Below are positions 12,001-22,679 of a stretch of 64,000 nucleotides of DNA, piece after piece. Numbering within the stretch: the stretch's first letter is position 1; the number at the start of each line of letters is the position of its first letter. This DNA comes from Mizuhopecten yessoensis. Its lineage: Eukaryota. The notes beneath the pieces were generated by a model, which did not search any database, had not been told where the DNA came from, and saw nothing but the letters and a program-made list of their open reading frames with translations. Where the stretch lies: contig NW_018408349.1 of the NCBI RefSeq assembly GCF_002113885.1, positions 142,945-206,944 of the forward strand, written 5' to 3'. The translations under genes and the position numbers were made by a program.

Positions 12001-15000
12001 TTAGTTTAATTATCACTGATATTTGATTTAGATAAATAAAGGTAAAATATTTATGAACATTGAAAAATTAATTAAAAGATAGTAATGGTACATTTAGTTG
12101 TCCAGTTTGCACTAAAAAAAATCATCAATAATCACATTGACAGAGTTTTGTAAATGGTTAACTGAGGTAAACATAGAAAAGGTTGAAATTCTTATAAACC
12201 TGTTGCCTTCATTAGCCCAGTGTTGTCCTTAGAAAGCGATTACACAGTTACATACCATGGTATACAATGAAACCTGGCTCGACGGAATTTAAAGGATATC
12301 CCATGATATCTTCACCCCTAGTTTTTAACAGTATATTATTTTTGTCAGTTTTCACTGGTATCCATCTGTCCGTTTAACCCTTTCACCACTGTATACCATA
12401 ATGGACTTATCCATATCAATGCATGGTAAAGTCTATTAAATTTGCATAGAGATGAAAGGGTTAAATCTGTTTTAACAGGGAGACTGGCTTTAACATGTCT
12501 TTATTATCCTCAGTAACATGTAGTACTTCAAATCTTGTAATATCAAACTCTAAAGTTGTTTTCTGAAAATTATTGAACTTTTCTCCTTTTCTTTGCACTT
12601 GTTGAATAATTTTTGATCATATTGAAATCTAGCTTGTTTGTTTGGGGGTTTTTTTCAGGTAAAACATTCAAAATACCTGAATGTGTACAAGATGTCACAA
12701 AGAAAAGAAAAAGAAAGACACAGATGAAAAAACCCAAGCTCCAACCTCTGTCGGATTTCATTACAGGAGCATGTGAGTGAAATGTCAATTACGTCGAAAA
12801 TCAGAAACAATTTAGTTTTCTTTATTCATGTGAAGATATTTGTCACTTAACACACAGAAACTACCAAAATATTTACAACAAATGATCATTAATATTATGC
12901 ATTGTAATAACTTGTGGAGTATAAAAGCAGTTTTAGTGAAATTTCAAATTTGGTAATATTTTAAACATGTAAATCATAAGTAAAAGGGGCTTTTTAGTCA
13001 AATGACAACCTGAAAATCAAGTCAATACTGAAAATATATATCTTCTAACGAAAGTTTACGTAGTTGATAATGATATGACCTGAAGTCAACGTCCAGATTG
13101 TTTCATCTTTTGGGAAAGCCGGTGATAAAAATAGCTACAACCAAAATAGCGCAATATCTGGGCCTTGCAGCGAGAAGTAATCATGTACAGCACTAGGCTG
13201 TCAACCGACATTATGAGGCTAAGTTCACACATAACGCATTCTTTACTTTACACAATACATCTCAAGTAAGAATTATAAACATCATTATATATACCTATAA
13301 TCAGATATTTCTGTTCACATTTGGATTTGAATTAGAACGAACAGGTTCATGAAGAGCATGCATGCACTAAAAGGGTGCCACAGGGAGAATTTCAAACCGC
13401 AAAAAAGTACGACATCAATAGGTTTAAATGTAAAATAGATCACTCAATTATAACAATGTTTTAGATGCTTAGATCTTTAATTATGGATTGTTGTGATTTG
13501 CAGTTTCACACAAAAGCAAGTTTCCTAAGAACCCCAGAAAGGTACCTGTGTTTATTGAGTTTGAACAGCAGTACTGGATTGAATACAAGAGACGACAATC
13601 GATTCTGAGAGAACAGAGGAAGTCCCTGGTAAATATCACTTTTAATGGGAGGAGACATACCTTATGTAACTCTTACTGTAGATTTATGTAATAGTTCTAA
13701 TTGCCTGCAGCCTAAACTGGTCAGTATGGAGGCCATTGATATCACAGAGGAATTTTTAATTTTGTACAATGATTTAATGGAAGTTTTGTGCCACACAGAG
13801 CCGTGAGGTGCTGGAGGAGGATCAAGAGGATGAAGATGTGAACCAGAATGATGAGCCTGACAACATAGGTCAGTATATATTTCTTTACAGTTTAACAGCT
13901 TGTAATAGCTTCAATAGAACTCAGTTAGTTCAAACTCTGATCAGTCATTGACCCCCACCTAACTGAAACTCTGACCAGTCATTGACCCCCACCTAACTGA
14001 AACTCTGACGAGTCATTGACCCCTACCTACCGGTAACTGAAACTCTGACAAGTCATTGACCCCAACCTACCGGTAACTAAAACTCTGACAAGTCATTGAC
14101 CCCAACCTCCCGGTAACTGAAACTCTGCCCAGTCATTGACCCCCACCTACCAGTAACTAAAACTTTGACCAGTCATTGACCCCCACCTACCTGAAACTCT
14201 GACCAGTCATTGACCCCCCCCTACCGGTAACTAAAACTCTGCCCAGTCATTGACCCCCACCTAACTGAAAGTGACCAGTCATTGACCCCACCTAACTGAA
14301 ACTGACCAGTCATTGACCCCCCCCTAACTGAAACTCTGACGAGTCATTGACACCTACCTACCGGTAACTGAAACTCTGACAAGCCATTGACCCCAACCTA
14401 CCGGTAACTAAAACTCTGACAAGTCATTGACCCCAACCTACCGGTAACTGAAACTCTGACCAGTAATTGACCCCCACCTACCGGTAACTAAACCTCTTAC
14501 CAGTCATTGACCCCCACCTACCAGTAACTAAAACTTTGACCAGTCATTGACCCCCACCTACCAGTAACTAAAACTCTGACCAGCCATTGACCCCCACCTA
14601 ACTGAAACTCTGCCCAGTCATTGACCCCCACCTACCGGTAACTACAACTCTGACAAGTCATTGACCCCAACCTACCGGTAACTGAACCACTGACCAGTCA
14701 TTGACCCCCACCTACCGGTAACTAAAACTCTTACCAGTCATTGACCCCCACCTATATAGCTACCAGTAACTAAAACTCTGACCAGTCATTGACCCCCACC
14801 TAACTGAAACTGACCAGTCATTGACCCCAGCCTAACTGAAACTCTGACCAGTCATCGACCCCCAACTAACCAAAACTCTGACCAGTCATAGACCCCCAAC
14901 TAACCAAAACTCTTGACAAGTCATAGACCCCCAACTAACCAAAACTCTTGACGAGTCATAGACCCCCAGTTAACCAAAACTCTGACGTGTTGCATTTCCC

Positions 15001-18000
15001 TCCCCACTTAAACTCAGATGAGTCATAGACCCCTCCCCACTCAGAATCAAACACTCAGATCATTTGGTCCTGGGTAGATTTATCCTTGTCTTTTCAAAAA
15101 TTGAACATCCTGAAATTGTTTTTCCTAGATCCAACATTAATTAAGAGATTAAATTCAGACATTATTAACCAAAATGTGATATCTCTATTCTATGTTTCAT
15201 GAAGAATACAAATCAAACACGAAAACCCACAAATCACCAGACACCTGTACTTAAGTAGTATACTCTCTACCCACAAATCGGCAGATATTAGGGTAGATAC
15301 TTGTTATATCTACAGTACACACTAAATTAATACCATACATAAACGTCGTGATATATGCCGATATAACAGCTCAGTATAAACATAGTGATAAGTAGCTCAG
15401 TATAAATGTAGTGATACATACTGATATTATAGCTCAGTAACAGGTCTGTACAAAAATAACTTATGGTGTGTTGTCTTACAGATATGGGGGTAGATAAGTT
15501 AGACGATGGTGATGACCTAGACGATGATGCTCCATTGGTAGATGATAACCTATTTAACGCCATTGAATCAGCCTTCTCCCTACAACCTGTTGATACAGCA
15601 TCACCTAGCCGATCAGGTAAAGTTCCCCGACAAACTAGAATGTTACAGACAACCTGTTGATACAGCATCACCTAGCCGATCAGGTAAAGTTCCATGTAAA
15701 CTAGAATGTTACAGACAATCTTTTGATACAGCATCACCTAGCCGATCAGGTAAAGTTCCATGTAAACTAGAATGTTACAGACAATCTTTTGATACAGCAT
15801 CACCTAGCCGATCAGGTAAAGTTCCATGTAAACTAGAATGTTACAGACAATCTGTTGATACAGCATCACCTAGCCGATCAGGTAAAGTACCATTTAAACT
15901 AGAATGTTACAGACAATCTGTTGATACAGCATCACCTAGCCGATCAGGTAAAGTTCCATGTAAACTAGAATGTTACAGACAATCTTTTGATACAGCATCA
16001 CCTAGCCGATCAGGTAAAGTTCCCCGACAAACTAGAATGTTACAGACAACCTGTTGATACAGCATCCCCTAGCCGATCAGGTAAAGTTCCCCGATAAACT
16101 AGAATGTTACAGACACCCTGTTGATACAGCATCACCTAGCCGATCAGGTAAAGTTCCATGTAAACTAGAATGTTACAGACAATCTTTTGATACAGCATCA
16201 CCTAGCCGATCAGGTAAAGTTCCATGTAAACTAGAATGTTACAGACAATCTTTTGATACAGCATCACCTAGCCGATCAGGTAAAGTTCCCCGACAAACTA
16301 GAATGTTACAGACAACCTGTTGATACAGCACCACCTAGCCGATCAGGTAAAGTTCCCCGATAAACTAGAATGTTACAGACAATCTGTTGATACAGCATCA
16401 CCTAGCCGATCAGGTAAAGTTCCCCGACAAACTAGAATGTTACAGACAACCTGTTGATACAGCATCACCTAGTCGATCAGGTAAAGTTCCCCGATAAACT
16501 AGAATGTTACAGACACCCTGTTGATACAGCATCACCTAGCCGATCAGGTAAAGTACCATGTAAACTAGAATGTTACAGACAATCTGTTGATACAGCATCA
16601 CCTAGCCGATCAGGTAAAGTTCCATGTAAACTAGAATGTTACAGACAATCTTTTGATACAGCATCACCTAGCCGATCAGGTAAAGTTCCCCGACAAACTA
16701 GAATGTTACAGACAACCTGTTGATACAGCACCACCTAGCCGATCAGGTAAAGTTCCCCGATAAACTATAATGTTACAGACAACCTGTTGATACAGCATCA
16801 CTTAGCCGATCAGGTAAAGTTCCCCGATAAACTAGAATGTTACAGACACCCTGTTGATACAGCATCACCTAGCCGATCAGGTAAAGTTCCATGTAAACTA
16901 GAATGTTACAGACAATCTTTTGATACAGCATCACCTAGCCGATCAGGTAAAGTTCCATGTAAACTAGAATGTTACAGACAATCTTTTGATACAGCATCAC
17001 CTAGCCGATCAGGTAAAGTTCCATGTAAACTAGAATGTTACAGACAATCTGTTGATACAGCATCACCTAGCTGATCAGGTAAAGTTCCCTGTAAATTAGA
17101 ATGTTATAGAATCACCAGGACTATGATACAACATATTTACAGGAGATCTTTCGTGACTGTGTATGACAGTAGGTGGTTATGTCAAATCACTGATGAACAT
17201 TTTGTTATGACATTATGAAGCAAAGTTGATCAGAATTAAACAAGGAGTCAATTGACCAAAGGTCAGGGTCATCGGGTCAGGGGTCAAGGTCAAATTTTGT
17301 ACCTTTTCACTGGTTAACATTTTGCTATGACATTATGAAGCAAAGTTGTTCGGCATTAAACAAAGAGACACATTGAGGTAAAAAATCAAGGTCAAAGGTC
17401 AAGGTCATTAGATTCAATGGTCAAGGTCAAATTTGTATCTTTTCACTGATGAACATTTTGTTATGACATTATGAAGCAATGTTGTTCAGAACACAGAGTC
17501 AACTGACCTTAGGTCCAGGTTACGGGGTCCAAAGGGTCAAGGTCAAGTTTTGTAATTTTCACTGAAGAACATTTTGTTATGATGTCAAGAAGTAAAGTTG
17601 GTCGGAATTAAAGAATAAGTCAACTGACCAAAGTTCAGGGTTACTGGGTTAATGGTCAAGGTCATTTGGGTCCAAAGTGGATCTTTGACTTTGACCCTGG
17701 CTCTTGACAAATGAGTATTGCACCGGTATTTACATTTTTGTTAGCCCAGCAAATATGGAGGTGGAAGGAAACAAGACTCACATCATAGTACATGTAAAAT
17801 GTATTTTTTGCTTCCTTGCGATTCTTTTTGAAGTCCAAATGTAAAACGTCAAGCTCAGCTATATGGGCAGATTGCTTCTTGATGATTATGGGGGGTATAT
17901 TGCCACAAGACGGGGCCCTTACTGACCTGTCAGTGTTCTAGTAGCAATTATCATAGCTACTGTCCATTTAGTGGTTATGTCTCTGAATAAAACACTATAT

Positions 18001-21000
18001 CCTGATTGTTGGAGTATCTCAAGGAACACTCGTGTCAAGTGCCCTACTATATAAAGTTAAAGTCCAATACTCGCCATGAATCACATTCTCTGCCCATATC
18101 ATATACTTTGTCTGTGACGTTTCGAGGACTAGTACGATATGTACACTGTCACCTTCATCAGACAAATGACCAGTGAAGCGTTTGCACACAAAGGTGTAAA
18201 ATGTGTACGAGTTGGGCCAGTTCTAAATCGAGACGAGGGGGCTCAAAGCCTCTTGCACATCTATGACCAAGTGTTAACAAAGCGTAGCTGAATGGAGTCA
18301 TTTCGGTACATATTTAACAACTATTGTACATACATTTCCAGCGTAGCCGAAATCGACATCAATTTTATGGACAACTCGTACATATTTTACACCTTTGTGT
18401 GCATAGGCTTCATTGGTCATTTGTCTGACGAAGGTGACAGTGTACATATCCTACTAGTCATCGTAACGTCACATAGAAAATTTTATTGGTTGTGTAAAAA
18501 GAACTTCTCATAATCCATACTTACCAACCTGAAGAAAATGTTTAGAAACATATACTTTGTCACCTGCAATTGCCAAATTTTACATATGAGTTTGTCTTGG
18601 GATGTCTTACAGAGCTAATACCCTTTATTATGGCCCCTTGATTATAATGATAATGGTGTAGATGAATGAATTATATTTATCATGATGATGATGATAGTTT
18701 TAAAATGATTAGGAATGCTGAAAGTTAATTGTTGAAATTTATGATGTAATCATTGCTTGATTGACGTGAATGATAATGATAGAAAAAGTTGATGAGGAAA
18801 CTTGTTGATGATGATGATGATTGATGGCGATGGTTTTATGATGAGAAATATGAACAGATATATATAGATGCTAATGATGAAGATGAAGAATAGATGAAGA
18901 TGATGTTTATTATGATATTGGAAGTGTATGATGGTGTTGATTGCTTTAATGCTGATGATTTATTTGGAAAAATAAAACAATTACAAAAAAATGGCCCCTT
19001 GTACAATTTTTGAATCCATTTTTTTCCAAAGGTGGGAGACTAAGGATTGCTCTCAATACTTTGGTTTGGTATCAACAGCGTTCCTCATTGTTCTGTCATT
19101 GTTTTTAGAACATTGTGGATTTCCTGTGGGAGATATTGTAACAGATTATGAAGAGCTGGTCAGACAACATGTGGTAAGTTACGGTCACAAGAGTAATACC
19201 AAGTTATCACAGACACGTGCCCAGTGAGTCATATGATTCATGTTTATAGTTCTTATTGAAAATCCATAGCAAGACAATTAAATCAACTCAACTTTAGATA
19301 TAGATGAGTCTTATAAACAATAGGTTAGTGCTGGGGCTAAATTAAATATTTTTTTGGAAAATTACTGGGTGATGTTACACCTACGATATTTTGCGAGCTC
19401 ATTAACCAGTAATTTTGAACCAACTCCTGCCTGGGTTGAACAGTTATATCCCCATCAACAAGAGGAATACTTCTATTCCTTATATTTATATTATAATCTT
19501 TTTATTTAATATAGGAACAGTACATGGCTAGTGCTCAGGAGTACGCCCAGATAACAGAGCTATCACAACGTGTGGCAGAATGGGAGGACAAAGTCATACC
19601 CAAACTAGAGGAGGAGGTGGGTATTCTTGTGTTAAACTACTTGGAGCCAAAACGTTGTTTCAGCTTCAGTATTATTCTTAAGAAGAGCTCTTTTATATCT
19701 TTTGGACAGTATTTTTTATGATTTTTAAACTTTTTTGTTATTATTTATGATTTTGATAAAAAAAAAATCAGTCAGTTTAAAACAACTGTCTGAATATTGT
19801 GACATCCATTATACCTGAAATACTTAACATCAGTTACCAAAAAGATTGTAGAGAGTAGAAACAAGTAGATAATAATCTAGTGTGGTAATACCAGTTTTAA
19901 CTAACAATAGCATATAAATGTCTGTACAGATTTCTGTTGATTTGATTATAGACTTTCTGTTTTTCTTTATGTGTATTAATATTGAATTTGTTTACAGGAC
20001 AGTCACGAACCTTTTGACATCAACAAGTATGGAACAAAAGTGTTGAACAATTTAAGTAAAGACACAGTTGTCCCATTTAAATGTGTTGCCACTGGAAAGC
20101 CGCCGTTTGAAATATGTAGATTATTTCTGTCATCTTTGATGTTGGTAAGTGTCCACGTTGAATTTATTGTTTTACTATATCAATGTTTTATAGTACATTG
20201 TATTATAAACCTGCCTACAGTGACCTTGGTGTAATCCTGAAATCTTAAAATCTAAATATGATAATGGATACTTTGAGGAGGTGCTCCAAAGTAAACTGTA
20301 TCTATTTCATTATACACACCATCATGTGGCACTGCCATTATATAACCCTACAAAGGTCTAATGGCATACATATCAGCTATGAATGCCATGGTTCGCATGT
20401 TGACGTCATTATTACTATGACATCACCATTGTAACATTAGATACCACTGACCCTCCTGTGAAGATGGCTGTTTTATTCATTAAACAAACGTAAACAATAC
20501 ATGCACTTTACTTGAATTAAATGCTGAATTTTGATAATAACATTTATTTTTCTGTAAGATGAAAATATTTTAAAATAGGTAAATATAAGTACATTAACTG
20601 AACTTGGTTCTTTTGGTATTCATAGTTAGCATGAATGCCAACTAGAATGTGACATTTCTCATGTTCCAGTTGGCAAACATACAGATTATGAATGCCAACT
20701 GAAAGCAGTTTAATACATGTACATATATTTTCAAATATTTTCATCTTACAGAAAAACATTTATTTATCAGAATTCAGCATTTAATTCAAATAAAGTGCAT
20801 GTATTGTTTACGTTTGTGAAATGAATAAAACAGCCGTCTTCACAGAAAACTGAAATGCTCAAATATGCCATATGGGCAACCATGGTCTATTAAAACTCAT
20901 TCACCCCTGAAGACACATTTGAACTCTTCCAATGCAAAGGTTGGAATAGTCCATTATGACATTTCAGGGGTGAATGAGTTAAAACTTAGGTATACCATTA

Positions 21001-21545
21001 TTTTTTTATTTGTAGATTAAACCTGTCATTCAACTAGGTCCCATATTACACATTTTAATGTAAAACAGATCTTTGTATCTAATCCAAAATCTGTCGTTTC
21101 TTACTTGTCTCAAGTTTTGTGTTGGTAAGGATCATAAGTGTCATCAAAGGCCACAATCTACCATTACATGTACTTAGTCTGTACTTCATGGTGTTGATCA
21201 ACTGTTAGTATCATAACTGTCACATTTTGATAGCAGTGATGGTGACTGTTTAAAACATTTCTTACAGATATGCACAACTTCAATGGGTACAAGTTAGTAA
21301 CACGTATCTATAGTTTGTGAAATAAAGAAACTTCATATTGGGGTTTTATCTTTCTTGAAACAACATTTTGAGATAGAAGTTATTTTAGTTGATTATTTTT
21401 ACAGGCAAATACAGAAAATGTGAAAATTGTTCAGAAGGGATATTTGGAAGAAGGTATTGACATGTTTGAGATGAGACTTTTATCCACAACACGGATGTTT
21501 GAACAACTGGAGGAATACCAGGCACCTTCACTAGCAGCCTCCTGA
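2935..21545 (+). CDS. NCAPH2: Condensin-2 complex subunit H2 (kleisin beta), whole spliced gene span; 19 coding exons, ~629 aa (632 with the candidate microexon)
   Basis: Hand-spliced GT-AG exons keep frame throughout (1890 nt including stop). The protein has NCAPH2 hallmarks: [110 protein letters not shown]. Confidence 0.95.
3255..4185 (-). mobile_element. TRIM-like non-autonomous LTR element with a tRNA-like sequence in the LTR, interrupted by a CR1 fragment
   Basis: Direct repeats tagtaggacgagga..gtgataaagatagtgccgtc at ~3258 and ~4121. On the - strand: PBS-like TGGCTCTCC (4115-4107) and polypurine tract AAAAAAAGGGGGGAA (~4050-4036). A box TAGCTCAGCGG and B box GGTTCGAGACC lie in 3352-3297. 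Confidence 0.55.
3721..4015 (-). mobile_element. 5'-truncated CR1-clade LINE (C-terminus of RT ORF)
   Basis: [14 protein letters not shown]...[10 protein letters not shown]...[11 protein letters not shown]...FKSRL is the typical CR1 ORF2 tail. Confidence 0.85.
4501..4602 (+). CDS. NCAPH2: NCAPH2 coding exon 2 ([34 protein letters not shown])
   Basis: ttacag / gtaagt boundaries; conserved motif. Confidence 0.93.
4560..4750 (+). repeat. ~3 tandem copies (61-62 bp) of the exon 2 3' end plus 5' splice site
   Basis: ggccat(g/a)gtcatccagggttctgcct..gtttatagtaaaaa(a/g)gtaagtgatgacatcata, repeated. Confidence 0.95.
5542..5597 (+). CDS. NCAPH2: NCAPH2 coding exon 3 ([18 protein letters not shown])
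   Basis: tttcag / gtaagt; in frame; conserved VEYLY. Confidence 0.92.
5974..6049 (+). CDS. NCAPH2: NCAPH2 coding exon 4 ([25 protein letters not shown])
   Basis: ctacag / gtaatt; phases compatible with neighbours. Confidence 0.88.
6714..6782 (+). CDS. NCAPH2: NCAPH2 coding exon 5 ([23 protein letters not shown])
   Basis: ttgtcag / gtaaaa; conserved FLSLDD. Confidence 0.9.
7173..7252 (+). CDS. NCAPH2: NCAPH2 coding exon 6 ([26 protein letters not shown])
   Basis: tttccag / gtaaat; conserved P.M.L...E.EK..NPL pattern. Confidence 0.9.
7579..7739 (+). CDS. NCAPH2: NCAPH2 coding exon 7 ([23 protein letters not shown]...)
   Basis: ttgacag / gtaaac; conserved GEVL.SR.DFRMNT. The 3' donor choice is less certain. 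Confidence 0.87.
7900..10184. mobile_element. Probable non-autonomous DNA transposon in NCAPH2 intron 7
   Basis: Right end ...aaactttcattgaatt...gggtggagcctcc|TTAA resembles Kolobok-type termini. No matching left end or coding capacity found. Confidence 0.3.
10371..10445 (+). CDS. NCAPH2: NCAPH2 coding exon 8 ([25 protein letters not shown])
   Basis: ttctgcag / gtttgt; phase 1-1; acidic linker. Confidence 0.78.
10865..10959 (+). CDS. NCAPH2: NCAPH2 coding exon 9 ([32 protein letters not shown])
   Basis: acccag / gtaata; phase compatible. Confidence 0.8.
11267..11338 (+). CDS. NCAPH2: NCAPH2 coding exon 10 ([24 protein letters not shown])
   Basis: tattag / gtatgt; phase 0-0. Confidence 0.82.
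11738..11807 (+). CDS. NCAPH2: NCAPH2 coding exon 11 ([23 protein letters not shown])
   Basis: taacag / gtaggt; matches the D.W..LD......K.FKK motif. Confidence 0.88.
12374..12463. mobile_element. ~90-bp TTAA-flanked MITE (second copy at 59279-59369)
   Basis: TTAACCCTTTCA...TGAAAGGGTTAA inverted ends; two dispersed copies in the window. Confidence 0.7.
12659..12772 (+). CDS. NCAPH2: NCAPH2 coding exon 12 ([38 protein letters not shown])
   Basis: ttttcag / gtgagt; basic KRKRK cluster as in known NCAPH2. Confidence 0.88.
13504..13628 (+). CDS. NCAPH2: NCAPH2 coding exon 13 ([42 protein letters not shown])
   Basis: ttgcag / gtaaat; phase compatible. Confidence 0.87.
13711..13719 (+). CDS. NCAPH2: Candidate 9-nt NCAPH2 microexon (PKL)
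   Basis: ttctaattgcctgcag|CCTAAACTG|gtcagt; phase 0-0; flanking introns 82 and 79 nt. Confidence 0.5.
13799..13868 (+). CDS. NCAPH2: NCAPH2 coding exon 14 ([23 protein letters not shown])
   Basis: cacacag / gtcagt; acidic linker. Confidence 0.83.
13930..14990. repeat. Intronic minisatellite, ~32-40-bp unit (ctgaccagtcattgacccccacctaccggtaactaaaact)
   Basis: Directly visible tandem repetition with short and long variants. Confidence 0.95.
15482..15616 (+). CDS. NCAPH2: NCAPH2 coding exon 15 ([45 protein letters not shown])
   Basis: cttacag / gtaaag; phase 1-1; its 3' end seeds the 66-bp array. Confidence 0.83.
15582..17108 (+). repeat. ~23 tandem 66/67-bp units, each containing the exon 15 3' end and a 5' splice site
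   Basis: acaa(c/t)ctgttgatacagcatcacctagccgatcag|gtaaagttcc...aaactagaatgttacag repeated; first donor 15617, last 17079. Confidence 0.97.
17170..17742. mobile_element. HINE-like repeat with ~130-bp ggtcaaggtca-containing tandem units
   Basis: Four diverged units (tcactgatgaacattttgttatgacattatgaagc...ggtcaaggtca) ending in ...ttttgtt. Confidence 0.5.
18113..18474. mobile_element. Fold-back element with ~100-bp inverted arms carrying Penelope-type hammerhead-like cores
   Basis: Arms 18113-18214 and 18372-18474 are reverse complements. - strand CTGATGAAG...CGAAACGTC (18161-18116); + strand CTGACGAAG...CGTAACGTC (18425-18470). Confidence 0.6.
19109..19173 (+). CDS. NCAPH2: NCAPH2 coding exon 16 ([22 protein letters not shown])
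   Basis: tttttag / gtaagt; conserved YEELVR. Confidence 0.9.
19515..19616 (+). CDS. NCAPH2: NCAPH2 coding exon 17 ([34 protein letters not shown])
   Basis: atatag / gtgggt; conserved TELSQR...WED. Confidence 0.92.
19998..20144 (+). CDS. NCAPH2: NCAPH2 coding exon 18 ([12 protein letters not shown]...[13 protein letters not shown])
   Basis: tttacag / gtaagt; C-terminal winged-helix motifs. Confidence 0.93.
20456..20845. repeat. Fold-back / MITE with ~115-bp inverted arms in the last NCAPH2 intron
   Basis: 20456-20572 is the reverse complement of 20733-20845. Confidence 0.8.
20890..20982. mobile_element. ~90-bp MITE (AACTCATTCACCCCTGAA...TTCAGGGGTGAATGAGTTAA); other copies at 25120-25208 and 49002-49090
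   Basis: Terminal inverted repeats; three dispersed copies. Confidence 0.75.
21405..21545 (+). CDS. NCAPH2: NCAPH2 terminal coding exon ([12 protein letters not shown]...YQAPSLAAS*)
   Basis: tttacag acceptor; TGA at 21543-21545; AATAAA near 21887. Confidence 0.92.
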   Translation, partial: ANTENVKIVQKGYLEEGIDMFEMRLLSTTRMFEQLEEYQAPSLAAS

Positions 21546-22679
21546 CACATGCTGAACTGTGACAAAGAGTGCACCAGACTGTAGCCATTATCAACATTTT
21601 ATGAGACTGTCATCACAACCACATGTACTACTATTTTTTTGTGGTCAGTAGGGTACCAGCTTCAGATAACACTGATCAACGACAATTTTTATTTTTTATT
21701 TTTTTCAAAATTACATGTTTAAAACAAAATAATATAAAATCTAGTGTTAAGTCATACACTGCTGCTGTAAGTCTTTTTTTATGGAAACGAAATTCCGTAA
21801 CAGAAAAAAATATGGAATTGAGAGTTTAAGATTAAACATTTGTACAATCTGTTAAGTCAAAGAATTACAGGAATATACTCTGTATAAATAAAAACGCCGA
21901 GTTAACCATCAAATTAAGTTAATTTTTAAGTATAACCACTCCACACATGATTGCTTGTTACAAGCTCAAGCTGATAATACACAAGTCTTGTTTAACATTC
22001 GTATCATACAATATTCACCCAATTGCAACAGGCGTATGATAAAATCATGTTCAGCAATATTTAACAAACTCAATAAAGACCAACATGGTGAAAAGAATTT
22101 TCTTACAGAGACTGTAGAAAATTTGTTAAAGGGAGATAATTCAGGAATGAAACTATTCATGTATGGAAGTCCAATCATTCACAATTAGAACTTTGTATAC
22201 ACTGGTATGTATAATGATGTGCTGTTAACAATCCCCAGGGAAGTGTTGTCCTACTACAGAATGGAATGTGGACCGGAATAACTTGCATACCGACATTGTC
22301 ATTCATTCATAGTGTTGTAACTCTCTCCTCTCTGATTATAATACAACACGATTATAGCATATTATAGTTACAAAATTGTACATTTCAGGCATAACCATTA
22401 CTTCTCAAGCTTATTATTGCATATATAATTATTACGTATAATCTTGAGTAACAAACTTGAGCAAGCATTTTAAACATTAAAATATTTTATCATGTTATTG
22501 ATGACTGTTTTTCTTGATTACGTAATGTTGCAATGGTCACAAAACATTGGTTATGATAAACAATATCTGTGAAACCTTTACAACTACATTCATACATAAC
22601 ATTCAGAAAACCTTCCAAATAACAAAGTGCTTTTTCTGAATTTGATCTTAAAAATAATGTTATATTAAAGAATGAAAAT

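Noticed and set aside
15542-17074. Repetitive ORFs ([22 protein letters not shown])n
   Set aside because: Products of the intronic 66/67-bp array, frameshifted by the 67-bp units and not in frame with NCAPH2 past the TGA at 15658.
18640-18960. (GAT)n-rich tract as an acidic NCAPH2 exon
   Set aside because: Frequent stops, no good splice sites, and exons 15 and 16 already join in frame.
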